NCBI GenBank assembly: GCA_003133665.1
Contig: PKYK01000033.1
Span: 5,146 to 69,145 of the forward strand
DNA from: Acidimicrobiaceae bacterium
GTDB lineage: Bacteria; Actinomycetota; Acidimicrobiia; Acidimicrobiales; RAAP-2
Direction of reading: 5' to 3'
Length of the DNA: 64,000 nucleotides
In this document: positions 28,441-39,061 of the stretch, piece by piece
Numbering within the stretch: the first letter of the stretch is position 1
Layout of the letters: each line of letters starts with the position of its first letter
The notes under the pieces: model-generated
The model's input: the letters and a program-made list of their open reading frames with translations, nothing else
The model's database searches: none
What the model was told of the DNA's origin: nothing
Translations under genes and position numbers: made by a program

Positions 28441-29640
28441 TCAGCTGCGCGGAACGTCCTTCCACGGCAGGTCCTTGTCGCTGCGTGGTTCGCCCGGCAG
28501 TCCGAGGACCCGCTCGCCAATGATGTTGCGCATCACTTCGCTGGTGCCGCCCTCGATGGAATTCGCGCGCATGCGGATGAAGGCCTTGCGCATGTCGCCG
28601 CCACTCATCGCCGACTCGCTCGGGCGGACCTGGGGGTAGTCCGAGCCGTACAGCATTCCCTCGGCGCCGAGCAGGTTGACGCAGAGCTCGCTGGTGCGCT
28701 GATTCTCCTCGGCGAAGGCCAGCTTCGCGACCGACCCCTCGGGTCCCGGCGTGCCGGCTTTGCGCAGATCACTCGCGCGCCAGTTCGTGAGCCGTCCGGT
28801 TTCGTTGCGCACCCACGCCTGGAGCAACTCACTGCGTACGGCCATGGCGTGGGCGTCGCGACGGCCGGCCCAACGCTGGAGCCAGATCTTGACGGCCTCG
28901 CCAATGAGACCCGAGCCGCGCGGGGGCACGGTGCCGCCGATGGAGACCCGCTCGTTCATCAACGTCGTGATCGAAACGTGCCAACCTTCACCGACACCGC
29001 CCAAGCGCATGCTGTCGGGAATGCGCACCTCATTGAAGAAACACTCGTTGAACTCGGCTTCGCCCGTCGCCTGGTAGAGCGGTCGAACGTCCACACCAGG
29101 CGCGTGCATGTCGACGAGGAACGCGGTGATTCCCTTGTGCTTCGGCACGTCGGGGTTGGTGCGAGCGATGATGAGGCCGAAGGCCGATACGTGGGCCAGT
29201 GTCGTCCACACCTTTTGACCCGACACGATCCACTCGTCGCCGTCAAGCTCGGCCCGCGTACTGAGCGTGGCCACGTCCGAACCGGCGCCGGGCTCTGAGA
29301 ACAGCTGGCACCAGATCTCTTCGCCGGTGAAGAGGGGACGCAGGTAACGCTCCTGCTGCGCGTCGGTGCCGTGGGCCACGATGGTGGGCGCCACCATGCC
29401 GTATCCGATCACGTTTCGACCCGCCGCCGATGGCGCTCCCAGCGTGGCGATCCGGCGCAGGGCGTAGAGCTGATCCGCCGGGCTGCCGCCGAGCCCGCCG
29501 TGGCCGACTGGGAAGTGGGCCCAGGCGAGGCCGCGGTCAAACTGCTCGCCGAGAAAGGTCACGGGGTCCGTGCTCGCCGGCGGGAATTTGGTGGCCAGGT
29601 CGTCAATCAGCTCATCGATTGCTGCTTCGCTCGTCGCCAC
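28441..29640 (-). CDS. Acyl-CoA dehydrogenase
   Basis: WCQLFSEPGAGSD, GQKVWT and SIEGGTSEVMRNIIGERVLGLP motifs. Confidence 0.95.
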   Translation of the reverse strand: MATSEAAIDELIDDLATKFPPASTDPVTFLGEQFDRGLAWAHFPVGHGGLGGSPADQLYALRRIATLGAPSAAGRNVIGYGMVAPTIVAHGTDAQQERYLRPLFTGEEIWCQLFSEPGAGSDVATLSTRAELDGDEWIVSGQKVWTTLAHVSAFGLIIARTNPDVPKHKGITAFLVDMHAPGVDVRPLYQATGEAEFNECFFNEVRIPDSMRLGGVGEGWHVSITTLMNERVSIGGTVPPRGSGLIGEAVKIWLQRWAGRRDAHAMAVRSELLQAWVRNETGRLTNWRASDLRKAGTPGPEGSVAKLAFAEENQRTSELCVNLLGAEGMLYGSDYPQVRPSESAMSGGDMRKAFIRMRANSIEGGTSEVMRNIIGERVLGLPGEPRSDKDLPWKDVPRS

Positions 29641-29745
29641 TTCTTCTCCTCGTGCACCAAAAGAATCGTTGCACGAATACTAGGCAGCGAGGTACCTGAC
29701 CCTCGGCGAACGCCCCGACCAGACGCCGTGCACTAAAAATGGATA

Positions 29746-30483
29746 ATGAAGACACGACGGATCCTGGCCACGTCCGGCGGCTTCGTGGCCGGCCCGGTGC
29801 AGCAGTCGGTTCGCCTCGGCGCCATGTTGCTCGACGCGCTCTCGATTACCGGCAAGGTCCGTCCCCGCGTCTGCCTGGTCCTCACGGCCGGGGGCGACCC
29901 GAGCGACTACTACGCCGCCTCCTACGAGGCCTTCAACACCGCCGGCTGTGACGTGACCGAACTCAGACTCTTTCCCCAGCCTTCCGCCGATCCAGCCGAG
30001 CGTCTCTGCGGCAGCGACCTGGTGTGGGTGGGGGGTGGGTCGGTGGCCAACCTGCTCGCGCTCTGGCGCCTTCACGGCGTCGACGTGGCCATGCGCGAAG
30101 CATGGGAGCAAGGGGTGATTCTCGGGGGCGTCTCGGCGGGCAGTCTCTGCTGGCACGTAGGGGGCACCACCGACTCCTTCGGTTTCACGCTGAGGCCCGT
30201 CACCGATGGTCTCGCCCTGCTGCCCTACGCCAATGGTGTGCACTACGACTCCGAAGCCCAACGGCGCCCGCTGCTGCACGATCTTCTGGCCCGCCGGGTG
30301 CTGCCGCCGCTCGCCTACGCCACTGACGACCGAGTCGGTGTTTGGTACGAAGGCACCGAGGCCACCACCGTCGTCAGCGACGCCGTTGTCTGTGCCGACG
30401 AAGGTCCGGCCGCGTACCGGGTGGAATTGGTCGGAAGTGAAGTCGTCGAAACCCGTTGCGGTGTGGGCAGCAACTTCAACTAA
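29746..30483 (+). CDS. Peptidase E (S51)
   Basis: WVGGGSVANL, GVSAGS and HYDSE motifs. Confidence 0.92.
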   Translation: MKTRRILATSGGFVAGPVQQSVRLGAMLLDALSITGKVRPRVCLVLTAGGDPSDYYAASYEAFNTAGCDVTELRLFPQPSADPAERLCGSDLVWVGGGSVANLLALWRLHGVDVAMREAWEQGVILGGVSAGSLCWHVGGTTDSFGFTLRPVTDGLALLPYANGVHYDSEAQRRPLLHDLLARRVLPPLAYATDDRVGVWYEGTEATTVVSDAVVCADEGPAAYRVELVGSEVVETRCGVGSNFN

Positions 30484-31147
30484 CGCCCGCGGGGTTCGGG
30501 AGTGCGCGTCGAACGTCGTTGCTTCGTTGATTGAGTACGCCCGCCCGCTCGACCGCGTCAGTCGAGCCGCATCGCTCGAGCCAATTGGCGAGCAACAAGT
30601 AGCCGTCTTGGGTCAGCACCGACTCCGGATGGAACTGGACGCCCTCGAGGGGGAATTCACGATGGCGCATTCCCATTATCAACTCGCCACTGCGCGCCGT
30701 TACCTCGAATACCGCCGGCAGTGTCGACGCGTCGACGACCAGCGAGTGGTACCTCCCGGCAATCAGAGGATGGGGCAGGCCGGCGAAGACGCCCGCCTCG
30801 TCGTGTTCGACGAGGCTCGAACGACCGTGGACCAGTTCGGGCGCAGCCACGACGTTGGCGCCGAAGGCCTCCCCAAGAGCCTGGTGGCCGAGGCAGATGC
30901 CCAGCATCGGCAGCGAATGCTCGGCGCAGTAGTGAATGATCGCGATACAGTTTCCCGCGCTTCGCGGGTGGCCGGGTCCCGGAGAGATCAGCACGCCGTC
31001 GATGTCCATCTTCACCAGATCGTCGGGGCCCACTTGGTCGTTGCGCACCACAGTCACCCTCGCCCCCAGTTCACCGAGGTACTGCACGAGGTTGTAGACG
31101 AAGGAGTCGTAGTTGTCGATGACGAGGATCGAGGGTCCGGCTGCCAT
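30476..31147 (-). CDS. trpG: Anthranilate/aminodeoxychorismate synthase component II
   Basis: IDNYDSF, SPGPG, GICLGHQ, RYHSL and QFHPES motifs (TrpG/PabA). Confidence 0.88.
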   Translation of the reverse strand: MAAGPSILVIDNYDSFVYNLVQYLGELGARVTVVRNDQVGPDDLVKMDIDGVLISPGPGHPRSAGNCIAIIHYCAEHSLPMLGICLGHQALGEAFGANVVAAPELVHGRSSLVEHDEAGVFAGLPHPLIAGRYHSLVVDASTLPAVFEVTARSGELIMGMRHREFPLEGVQFHPESVLTQDGYLLLANWLERCGSTDAVERAGVLNQRSNDVRRALPNPAGVS

Positions 31148-31193
31148 GCGTGCATCCTACGGGCACTTTGTCGCCAGTCACTAACCTTTCTCC

Positions 31194-32705
31194 ATGGCCG
31201 ACATCGACCTCGCCGCATTTCGCGATCTCATCGCCAACGACTTCAACGTGATACCGCTGCACGTCACGTTGCAGCTGGACCGCGAGACCCCGGTCTCGCT
31301 CTACCAGCGCTTCGGCGGCGGGCGGGCGATCTTCCTGCTCGAGAGCGCGGCCCTCGGTGAAGAGACCGGTCGCTACTCGTTCATCGGCCTCGACCGACAG
31401 TGGCGGGTCACCACCGAGTTCGGACGTACCGTCACCGAAGGCATCGAGCAGCCTCCGATCGACAGCGACTCTCCCCTCGACGTGGTCCGAGCGCTGCTCG
31501 CCCGGTACCGGACGTTCCAGCCCAATGAGTTGCCGGACTTCTTCGGCGGCGCGGTGGGATTCGTGACCTACGACTACGTGCGGAGGCTCGAGCGACTGCC
31601 GCGACAACGGGTTGGCGACATGTGGCCCGACGTCGATTTCTCATTCCCCGGGGCGGTCTTGATCTGCGACCACCTGCGCCACTCGACGACCGTCGTCGTG
31701 AACGCGATTGTCGGCGCGCGCGACGACCCGAGCGACGTCTTCCACGCCGCATCGGACCGTCTGGACGCCATCGTGGACATCCTCTTGTCGGACCCACCGG
31801 CCCAGGACGCCGCGACCGAGCGACTGGTCGCCACCGCACCCAACACCAAGTCGACGATCGACATTCGCACCGTCGCCGCGGGGCTCTCCAACTTCACCCG
31901 CGAGCAGTACGGAGCGGTCGTGGAGAAGGCCAAGGAGTACATCTACGCCGGCGACATCTTCCAGGTGGTGCCCAGTCAGCAGTTTCGCCGCCCGACGTCG
32001 GTGGATCCGCTGACGCTGTATCGCGTGCTTCGCTCGCTCAACCCCTCGCCCTATATGTACCTATTGGACACCGGCGACAGTCAGATAGTCGGCGCCTCGC
32101 CCGAGATGCTGGTGCGCGTGCACGACGGACTCGTCAGCACCCGGCCCATCGCCGGCACCCGGCCCCGTGGCGCCACCGAGGAGCAGGACCGGGCACTGGA
32201 AGAGGAGATCCTCCACGACGAGAAGGAAATCGCCGAGCACGTCATGCTCGTAGACCTCGGACGAAACGACGTCGGTCGAGTGGCCGCCCCGGGCACGGTT
32301 CGAGTCGAACGACTGGCCCACGTGGAGCGGTTCAGTCATCTGATGCACCTGGTCTCGCAGGTGACGGGGCAGCTGCAAGATGGTCTCGACGCGTTCGACG
32401 CCTTCAACGCCCTCTTCCCCGCCGGAACCCTCACGGGAGCGCCCAAGGTGCGCGCGATGGAGCTCATCGACGAGTTCGAGCCGGTGTACCGGGGACCCTA
32501 CGGCGGAGCGGTGGGCTACTTCTCGCTGTCGGGTAACGCGGATTTCGCAATAACGATCCGCACGCTGTCGCTTCGAGGAGGTCTCGCAACGGTCCAGGCC
32601 GGTGGTGGCATCGTGGCCGACAGCCAGCCGGACTTCGAATACCAAGAGTGCATCAACAAGGCCTCGGCTCCACTGTTGGCGCTGCAGATCGCCGATCCCC
32701 AGTAG
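31194..32705 (+). CDS. trpE: Anthranilate synthase component I
   Basis: FLLES, NPSPYM, PIAGTRPRG, EHVMLVDLGRND and PAGTLTGAPK motifs. Confidence 0.9.
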   Translation: MADIDLAAFRDLIANDFNVIPLHVTLQLDRETPVSLYQRFGGGRAIFLLESAALGEETGRYSFIGLDRQWRVTTEFGRTVTEGIEQPPIDSDSPLDVVRALLARYRTFQPNELPDFFGGAVGFVTYDYVRRLERLPRQRVGDMWPDVDFSFPGAVLICDHLRHSTTVVVNAIVGARDDPSDVFHAASDRLDAIVDILLSDPPAQDAATERLVATAPNTKSTIDIRTVAAGLSNFTREQYGAVVEKAKEYIYAGDIFQVVPSQQFRRPTSVDPLTLYRVLRSLNPSPYMYLLDTGDSQIVGASPEMLVRVHDGLVSTRPIAGTRPRGATEEQDRALEEEILHDEKEIAEHVMLVDLGRNDVGRVAAPGTVRVERLAHVERFSHLMHLVSQVTGQLQDGLDAFDAFNALFPAGTLTGAPKVRAMELIDEFEPVYRGPYGGAVGYFSLSGNADFAITIRTLSLRGGLATVQAGGGIVADSQPDFEYQECINKASAPLLALQIADPQ

Positions 32706-32784
32706 GTCCGGAGCCAGCATTCTCGTCGAATGGTCGGACTCTATGCTGCGGTGAGAGCACCGATGGTCCTGAAGGGGTGACGAC

Positions 32785-34425
32785 GTGACTGCGGAAAGTC
32801 CCTACGAACGTTGGCGCCGGGCATTCACCGCGGCCACGACCCGCCAGAAGAGTTTCACGACCATGTCGGGCATCCCCCTTGAGCCCGTCTACGGGCCCCC
32901 CGACGGCGAGTTCCCGGGCATCTACCCCTACACCCGGGGGGCGCACGCATCGATGTACCGCTCGCGGCTGTGGACCATGCGCATGTTCGCTGGATTCGGC
33001 ACCGCGACCGACACCAACACCCGCTTCAAGGAGATCATTCGCTCCGGTGGCACGGGCCTCTCCACCGCCTTTGACATGCCGACCCTGCTCGGTCTCGATT
33101 CGGACGATCCAATGGCCCTCGGCGAGGTGGGACGCTGCGGCGTGGCGATCGACTCGTTGGCCGATATGCGTGACCTCTTCGCGGACATTGACCTCGCCAC
33201 CATCACCACCTCGATGACCATCAACTCGCCGGCCGCGATCATGCTGGCGCTCTTCATCGCCCAGGCCGAAGAGGCGGGCGTCGCGAGAGACCGCCTCGGC
33301 GGCACCCTCCAGAACGACATCCTGAAGGAGTACCAAGCGCAGAAGGAGTTCGTCTTCCCCCCGCGCCAGTCGATGCGTCTCGTACGCGACACCATGGCCT
33401 TCACCGCGGCCGCGATGCCGAAGTGGAATTCCATCTCGGTGTCGGGCTACCACATTCGAGAAGCCGGTTCGACCGCGGCCGAGGAGCTGGCCTTCACGCT
33501 CGCCAACGGCTTCGCGTACGTCGAGCTGGCTCGCGAGGCGGGTCTGCCCGTGGATGCGGTGGCGCCGAGACTCTCATTCTTCTTCAACGCCCACATCGAC
33601 TTCTTCGAGGAGATCGCCAAGTACCGCGCCGCGCGGCGAATCTGGGCGCGGTGGCTGAAGGACCACTACGGAGCGACCGACGAGCGTTCGTGGCAGTTGC
33701 GATTCCACACCCAGACCGCCGGCGTGTCGCTCACCGCGCAGCAGCCCGAGAACAACATTGCCCGCACCGCCATCGAGGCGCTCGCCGGCGTGCTCGGCGG
33801 GACCCAATCACTCCACACCAACTCAATGGACGAAGCGTTGGCGCTGCCTTCGGAGAAGGCCGCGCGAATCGCCCTGCGCACCCAACAGATCATCGCCCAC
33901 GAAACCAACGTGGCCCACGTCGCCGACCCACTTGGCGGTTCGTGGTTCGTCGAAGAGCTGACCGACGAGATGGAGCGCCGGGCCGAAGCCATCTTTGGCG
34001 AGATCCGAGGCTTCGGCGACGGTTCGATGCTCGAAGGGTGCATCAGGGGCATCGAGGAGAACTGGTTCCAGGGCCGCATCGCCGACTCGGCCTACCAACT
34101 GGAACGGCTGTTCAACCAGGGTGACCGCATCGTTGTGGGCGTCAACGACTTTCTCGAAGGCAACGACGAGGATGACCCGTCGATACTGCGCATCACCAAT
34201 GAAGACGAGGCCAAGCAACTGGTCCGCCTCGATCAAGTTCGCCGGGACCGAGACGACTCTCGTGTGCGCGACGCGATAGACCGGCTCATCCGCGAAGCCG
34301 CTCAGCCCGAGGTCAACCTGATGCCCGCCCTGATCGACGCCGCCAAGGCGTACGTCACCGTGGGCGAGATGATGTCGGCGATGGCGGGCGTCTTTGGCCG
34401 TTACGTGGAGGTGCCGTCGTTATGA
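32785..34425 (+). CDS. icmA: B12-dependent acyl-CoA mutase large subunit, isobutyryl-CoA mutase-like
   Basis: [27 protein letters not shown] and GGTQSLHTN; specificity positions are Phe (RMFAGF) and Gln (EYQAQK). Confidence 0.75.
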   Translation: MTAESPYERWRRAFTAATTRQKSFTTMSGIPLEPVYGPPDGEFPGIYPYTRGAHASMYRSRLWTMRMFAGFGTATDTNTRFKEIIRSGGTGLSTAFDMPTLLGLDSDDPMALGEVGRCGVAIDSLADMRDLFADIDLATITTSMTINSPAAIMLALFIAQAEEAGVARDRLGGTLQNDILKEYQAQKEFVFPPRQSMRLVRDTMAFTAAAMPKWNSISVSGYHIREAGSTAAEELAFTLANGFAYVELAREAGLPVDAVAPRLSFFFNAHIDFFEEIAKYRAARRIWARWLKDHYGATDERSWQLRFHTQTAGVSLTAQQPENNIARTAIEALAGVLGGTQSLHTNSMDEALALPSEKAARIALRTQQIIAHETNVAHVADPLGGSWFVEELTDEMERRAEAIFGEIRGFGDGSMLEGCIRGIEENWFQGRIADSAYQLERLFNQGDRIVVGVNDFLEGNDEDDPSILRITNEDEAKQLVRLDQVRRDRDDSRVRDAIDRLIREAAQPEVNLMPALIDAAKAYVTVGEMMSAMAGVFGRYVEVPSL

Positions 34426-34814
34426 CCATTCGCGTGCTCGTCGCGAAAGTCGGACTCGATGGTCACGACCGGGGAATCAAGGTGGTGGCGCGCCTCTTGC
34501 GCGATGCCGGCATGGAAGTCGTCTACACCGGACTCTTCCAGACTCCCGAGATGGTGGCGACGGCCGCCATTCAAGAGGACGTGGACGTCGTGGGGCTCTC
34601 GATGCTGTCCGGGGCCCATCTGACCCTGGCGCCGCTGGTGGTGGGCGCACTGCGCGACCGGGGCTCTGACATTCCCGTCGTCGTGGGCGGCATCGTGCCG
34701 AACAACGACATCGACGATCTGCGCGAGGCGGGAGTGGTCGCCGTGTTCGGTCCGGGGGCAAGCGCCGAGCAGATCGTGTCGATTATCAACTCACTGGTCC
34801 CCCAGTCGCTCTGA
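34422..34814 (+). CDS. icmB: Cobalamin-binding mutase small subunit
   Basis: [10 protein letters not shown] (DxHxxG), GLSMLSGAH and GGIVP motifs. Confidence 0.8.
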   Translation: MTIRVLVAKVGLDGHDRGIKVVARLLRDAGMEVVYTGLFQTPEMVATAAIQEDVDVVGLSMLSGAHLTLAPLVVGALRDRGSDIPVVVGGIVPNNDIDDLREAGVVAVFGPGASAEQIVSIINSLVPQSL

Positions 34815-34857
34815 GAATTGCCATTATTCCGCCGAGCAACCGGCCGTCAAGACAGAT

Positions 34858-34870
34858 TGAAGAATCTTCA
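34858..34870. promoter_or_regulatory. Palindromic candidate operator upstream of the ehr operon
   Basis: TGAAGA-A-TCTTCA perfect inverted repeat in an AT-rich gap. Confidence 0.45.
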
Positions 34871-34939
34871 GATGATAAATTGGACGTCTGAGGACAATTT
34901 GATCGTTCCACCTCAGCTTGCCGAGAGAGCCGCAACGAA

Positions 34940-35428
34940 ATGACGATTCGATCAGTGTTGCAGGCAATTACTCATCCTCGGTCCGCGACCGAGGACCTGG
35001 CGCCCTCTCCCCCGGCCACACCGGACTTCGCCGAGCCTCTCCACGGTTCCCTTCAACTGCGCCACGTGGACGCCGGGTCGTGCAACGGCTGCGAGCTCGA
35101 GGTGGCGTCAGCCTTCGGCCCGGTTTACGACGTCGAACGCTTCGGAACCCGACTCGTCGCCTCGCCCCGACACGCCGACGCCCTGCTGGTCACCGGTCCG
35201 GTCACGAAGAACATGGTCGGACCCCTCGAGAAGACCTTCCTGGCGATGCCCGAGCCGCGCATCGTGATTGCCCTGGGTGACTGCGCACGCGACTGCGGCA
35301 TCTTCCGCGGTGGCTACGGGGTCGAAGGCGCGGTCGGTGACATCCTCCCGGTTGACGTGCAGATCCCCGGATGCCCTCCTCACCCAGCGGCAATCATTGA
35401 GGCGCTGAGAGGACTGACCGGCCAGTGA
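34940..35428 (+). CDS. Ehr/group 4 hydrogenase-like small subunit (NuoB/HycG family)
   Basis: DAGSCNGCELE, SPRHAD, GDCA and PGCPP supply four FeS-ligand cysteines. Confidence 0.92.
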   Translation: MTIRSVLQAITHPRSATEDLAPSPPATPDFAEPLHGSLQLRHVDAGSCNGCELEVASAFGPVYDVERFGTRLVASPRHADALLVTGPVTKNMVGPLEKTFLAMPEPRIVIALGDCARDCGIFRGGYGVEGAVGDILPVDVQIPGCPPHPAAIIEALRGLTGQ

Positions 35429-37446
35429 GCAACGTCAGTCTGATCGCGACAGCATCCGCCGGTCTTGGGGCGGCGATCGCCGGCGGCGCCCTGCCATCGA
35501 AGACTCGCGTGGCTAGCGCGGTGCTGCTCACCTGGGTGTCGTGCGGCGCGGCTCTCGCCGGTGCCGCAGAGGTGCTGCACAGCGGGCACCCACTGGAGCT
35601 GCAGTCGGCTCAGCTGCTGCCTCTCACCGGTGTCACCCTGTCGTTGACACCGCTCGGAGCGGTCTTCGTGGTTACCACTGCGGTGGTCGCGATGGCGTCC
35701 ACGCTGTACTGGCTGGGATACGCGAGTCACGGGCTGAACTCACGCACGGCCTCGGTCGCACTGCCGCTCTTCGTCACCAGCATGCTGATGGTCCCCTGCG
35801 CCGCAAGCGTGTCGACCTTTCTCGTGCTGTGGGAACTCATGGCGCTCTCATCGCTGGCGCTCGTACTCAACGACCAGGCCCGTCGAGAGGAGGCGCGCAG
35901 TGCCGCCCAGTGGTACGCAGTGATGACCCACGTCGGCGCGGCCGCGATCCTGTTCGCCCTCGTGCTGCTCTCGGCCCACGCCGGTGGACAGACCTTCGCA
36001 GCCATCGCCGCGCACGCCAAGCACCTGTCCGGCGCCGTGCGCAGTACGGCGTTCCTACTCGCGGTCGTTGGCTTCGGTTCGAAGGCCGGAGCCGTACCCT
36101 TCCACGTCTGGCTGCCCAAGGCCCACGCCGAAGCGCCGGGTCCGGCGTCGGCGCTGATGTCGGGCGCCATGGTCAACCTCGGCATCTACGGCATCGTGCT
36201 GGTCGGCGACCAACTGCTCGGGGGTGGACCGGCGTGGTGGTGGCTCTGCGTGATCGCCCTCGGCGTCGCGTCCGCTCTGTTCGGAGCGCTGTACGCCGCG
36301 ACCAGCACCGACCTGAAGCGTCTGCTGGCCTATTCAACGGCCGACAACATGGGCCTCGTTCTGATCGGACTCGGTGCGTCGGGGCTCTTCGCCGCCACCG
36401 GGAGCCACGCGACGGCGGCCATCGCCATGGTGGCGACCCTGCTGCTCCTGGTGAATCACTCGATGTTCAAGGGTGCTCTCTTTCTCGCCGCCGGTTCGGT
36501 GCAGGTGGCGACCGGCACCCGCAACCTCGACCGGATGGGCGGGTTGATGCGACGGATGCCCGTGACCGGCGTCGTGTTCCTGGTCGGGGCGCTCTCGGTG
36601 GCCGCGCTGCCACCGCTCAACGGATTCGTGGGCGAGTGGCTGCTGTTCCAGGGCCTGCTGCACGGATTGCCGACGACCAGCACCGTGGTGGTGTTCGCGG
36701 TGCTGGTTGGCGTCGGCGCCCTGGCGCTGACGGGCGGGCTTACCGTCGCCGCCTTCGTCAAGGCCGTGGGTATCGGATTCCTCGGTCGACCTCGTTCCGG
36801 CGAAGCCGCCGACGCCGTCGAAGTGCCGTACTCAATGCGATTCGGCGCCGGCCTGCTTGGCGCCTCATGCGTCGTGCTCGGGCTGTTGCCGATGCTGGTG
36901 ATTCCCGCGCTCGAGCGCGCTGCACGAAGTGCTACCAGCAGCGCAGCGCCATCGTCGGTCCACGGCTGGGTCACGCTCCACCTCGCTGGTCTCCACGGCG
37001 TCCTGGCGCCGGTGCTGTTGGCCGCTGGCCTGGTCGCGGCAATCGCCATCGTGGCGAGCCTTCGACGGCTGGCTCACCGACGATCAAACAAGTGGCGCGC
37101 ACTGCGCCCCGCCGAACCATGGGGATCGGGCCGCCTGCTGCAGACTCCGCGTATGCAGTACACCGCGACATCGTTCGCCGAGCCGCTGCAGCGAGTCTTT
37201 GACGACGTAATCCGCCCCGCACGCGACCTCGACGTGAGTCACGCCATGGAGTCGCGCTACTACATCGAGCGAATCTCCTACCGCTCAACGAGTGACGACA
37301 TCGTCGAACAAAACCTCTACCGCCCGATCATCGGTGCCGCGAATTGGTGGGGCGAGAGGGCCCGTTCCCTCCAGAACGGCAGCGTGCATCGCTACCTCGC
37401 CTACGGGCTCGTGGCCCTCGTGGCGATTCTGGTGGTGATCGCGTGA
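35425..37446 (+). CDS. hyfB: Proton-translocating antiporter-like subunit (HyfB/EhrA)
   Basis: FLVLWELM, KAGAVPFHVWLP..H, DLKRLLAYST, PPLNGF..EW and RMQYTATSF motifs. Confidence 0.88.
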   Translation: MSNVSLIATASAGLGAAIAGGALPSKTRVASAVLLTWVSCGAALAGAAEVLHSGHPLELQSAQLLPLTGVTLSLTPLGAVFVVTTAVVAMASTLYWLGYASHGLNSRTASVALPLFVTSMLMVPCAASVSTFLVLWELMALSSLALVLNDQARREEARSAAQWYAVMTHVGAAAILFALVLLSAHAGGQTFAAIAAHAKHLSGAVRSTAFLLAVVGFGSKAGAVPFHVWLPKAHAEAPGPASALMSGAMVNLGIYGIVLVGDQLLGGGPAWWWLCVIALGVASALFGALYAATSTDLKRLLAYSTADNMGLVLIGLGASGLFAATGSHATAAIAMVATLLLLVNHSMFKGALFLAAGSVQVATGTRNLDRMGGLMRRMPVTGVVFLVGALSVAALPPLNGFVGEWLLFQGLLHGLPTTSTVVVFAVLVGVGALALTGGLTVAAFVKAVGIGFLGRPRSGEAADAVEVPYSMRFGAGLLGASCVVLGLLPMLVIPALERAARSATSSAAPSSVHGWVTLHLAGLHGVLAPVLLAAGLVAAIAIVASLRRLAHRRSNKWRALRPAEPWGSGRLLQTPRMQYTATSFAEPLQRVFDDVIRPARDLDVSHAMESRYYIERISYRSTSDDIVEQNLYRPIIGAANWWGERARSLQNGSVHRYLAYGLVALVAILVVIA

Positions 37447-38405
37447 ACAGTGTCGAGAGCGTGTGCGTGGCGGGACTGGTGGCGATTGTCCAGATTGGCG
37501 CCGTGCTCGTCGGTGGACCGCTGCTCCTGGGCGTCATGCGCAAGGTCCGAAGCCGCCTTGAGGGGCGGCGTGGGGCGCCGATCCACCAGCCGCTCCTCGA
37601 TCTGCGAAAACTCATCACCAAACAACGGCTTCGTCCCTTCGAGGCCAGTTGGGTCTTTGGATTCGGACCGGTGATCCTGGTGGCGACGGTGGCGGCGGTG
37701 GCGGCAATCTCGCCACTCGCGACGACGCGTCCGCCGCTCGGGCAGAGTTCGGACTTCTTCGCCATCATCTTCGTGCTGCTTCTGGGATCGGTGTTCCTCG
37801 CACTGGGCGCCCTCGACACCGGCACGCCCTTTGGCGGCATGGGCTCGAGCCGGGCGATGACGGTGGGGGCACTCGCCGAGCCCGCGTTGCTGGTCGCGAT
37901 ACTGGCCATGTCCATACCAGCCCATACCTCGAACCTCCCGGCGCTCGTGCGCATCGGACTGGCCCATCCCGTGGTGATCGCCAGTCCGGCCAGACTCCTG
38001 GCCCTGGGGTCATTTCTCGTCGTCATCCTGGCCGAGAGTGGTCGGCTCCCCGTCGACAACCCGAGCACTCACCTCGAACTCACGATGATCCACGAAGCCA
38101 TGGTCCTCGAGTACGCCGGGCCCGATTTGGGGCTCACCATGCTGGGCGAATCCATGCGACTGGTTCTCCTGCTCGGGCTCTTGGTCAACCTGCTCGTTCC
38201 CTGGGGAGTGGCCGACCGACCCGGTGCGCTCGCCTTCGTGATCGGCCTGGTCGCTCTGGTGGGCAAGGTCCTCCTCGCCGGCGTCGCCATCGCCGTCTTC
38301 GAGGTCTTCAGCGCCAAGCTCCGCCTGTTTCGTCTGCCCGAGTTGCTCGCCGGCGGCTTCATCCTGGCCGTGCTGGGCGCCGTCACCGCGGTGGTGAGTC
38401 GATGA
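37443..38405 (+). CDS. hyfC: NuoH-like membrane subunit (HyfC/HycD/EhrB)
   Basis: GRRGAPI.QP..DL.KL, FGGMGSSR and GRLPVDNPSTHLELTMIHE motifs. Confidence 0.88.
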   Translation: MNSVESVCVAGLVAIVQIGAVLVGGPLLLGVMRKVRSRLEGRRGAPIHQPLLDLRKLITKQRLRPFEASWVFGFGPVILVATVAAVAAISPLATTRPPLGQSSDFFAIIFVLLLGSVFLALGALDTGTPFGGMGSSRAMTVGALAEPALLVAILAMSIPAHTSNLPALVRIGLAHPVVIASPARLLALGSFLVVILAESGRLPVDNPSTHLELTMIHEAMVLEYAGPDLGLTMLGESMRLVLLLGLLVNLLVPWGVADRPGALAFVIGLVALVGKVLLAGVAIAVFEVFSAKLRLFRLPELLAGGFILAVLGAVTAVVSR

Positions 38406-39061
38406 GCAGTTCACCCTTCGCCAGCCTGCTCGAGATTGCGGCCGGCTTGGTCATCGTCTGCGCCGTCGTGACCCTGTGGCGGCGATCACTCTCGGCCATC
38501 GTCAAGACGCTGGCCGTGCAGGGTGTCGCCCTGGGGGCCGTTGCCCTGATCCTCGGTCTGCACCAACACGACGGCGTGCTGGTCGGGGTTGCCTGTCTGA
38601 TCATCGCCGCCAAGGGGGCCGTGATCCCGACGCTGCTCGCACGGGTGCTGGCGCGCGATCCGCGCAGCCGTGAATCCACGCCGTTGGTCAACGTGCCCGC
38701 GTCGCTCGTTGGCGCCGGAGCCCTGACCGTTCTGGCCTACAGCGCAACGAGACCCGTCGTGGCCCTCGTCGCCACGACGGCCGGACAGCTGATCCCCCTG
38801 GGCCTCGCCACCATGCTCATCGGGTTCTTCTCGATGATCGTCCGGCGCAAGGCGATATCGCAGATTGTCGGGTTGCTGCTCGTCGACAACGGCATCGCCC
38901 TCGTGGCCTTTCTCGCGACGGCCGGCGTGCCGCTGCTCGTCGAACTGGGCGCGTCACTCGACGTGCTGCTCGTGGTCGTCGTGCTTCGCGTACTGGCGGC
39001 CCAGCTGTGGTCGAGGTTCGGGGTCTTCGATCTCGATCAGCTGCGAGAGTTGCGCGACTGA
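38402..39061 (+). CDS. hyfE: HyfE-like membrane subunit (EhrC)
   Basis: Hydrophobic protein with RKAISQIVG...DNGI and PLLVELG; start MSSSP at 38402. Confidence 0.85.
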   Translation: MSSSPFASLLEIAAGLVIVCAVVTLWRRSLSAIVKTLAVQGVALGAVALILGLHQHDGVLVGVACLIIAAKGAVIPTLLARVLARDPRSRESTPLVNVPASLVGAGALTVLAYSATRPVVALVATTAGQLIPLGLATMLIGFFSMIVRRKAISQIVGLLLVDNGIALVAFLATAGVPLLVELGASLDVLLVVVVLRVLAAQLWSRFGVFDLDQLRELRD

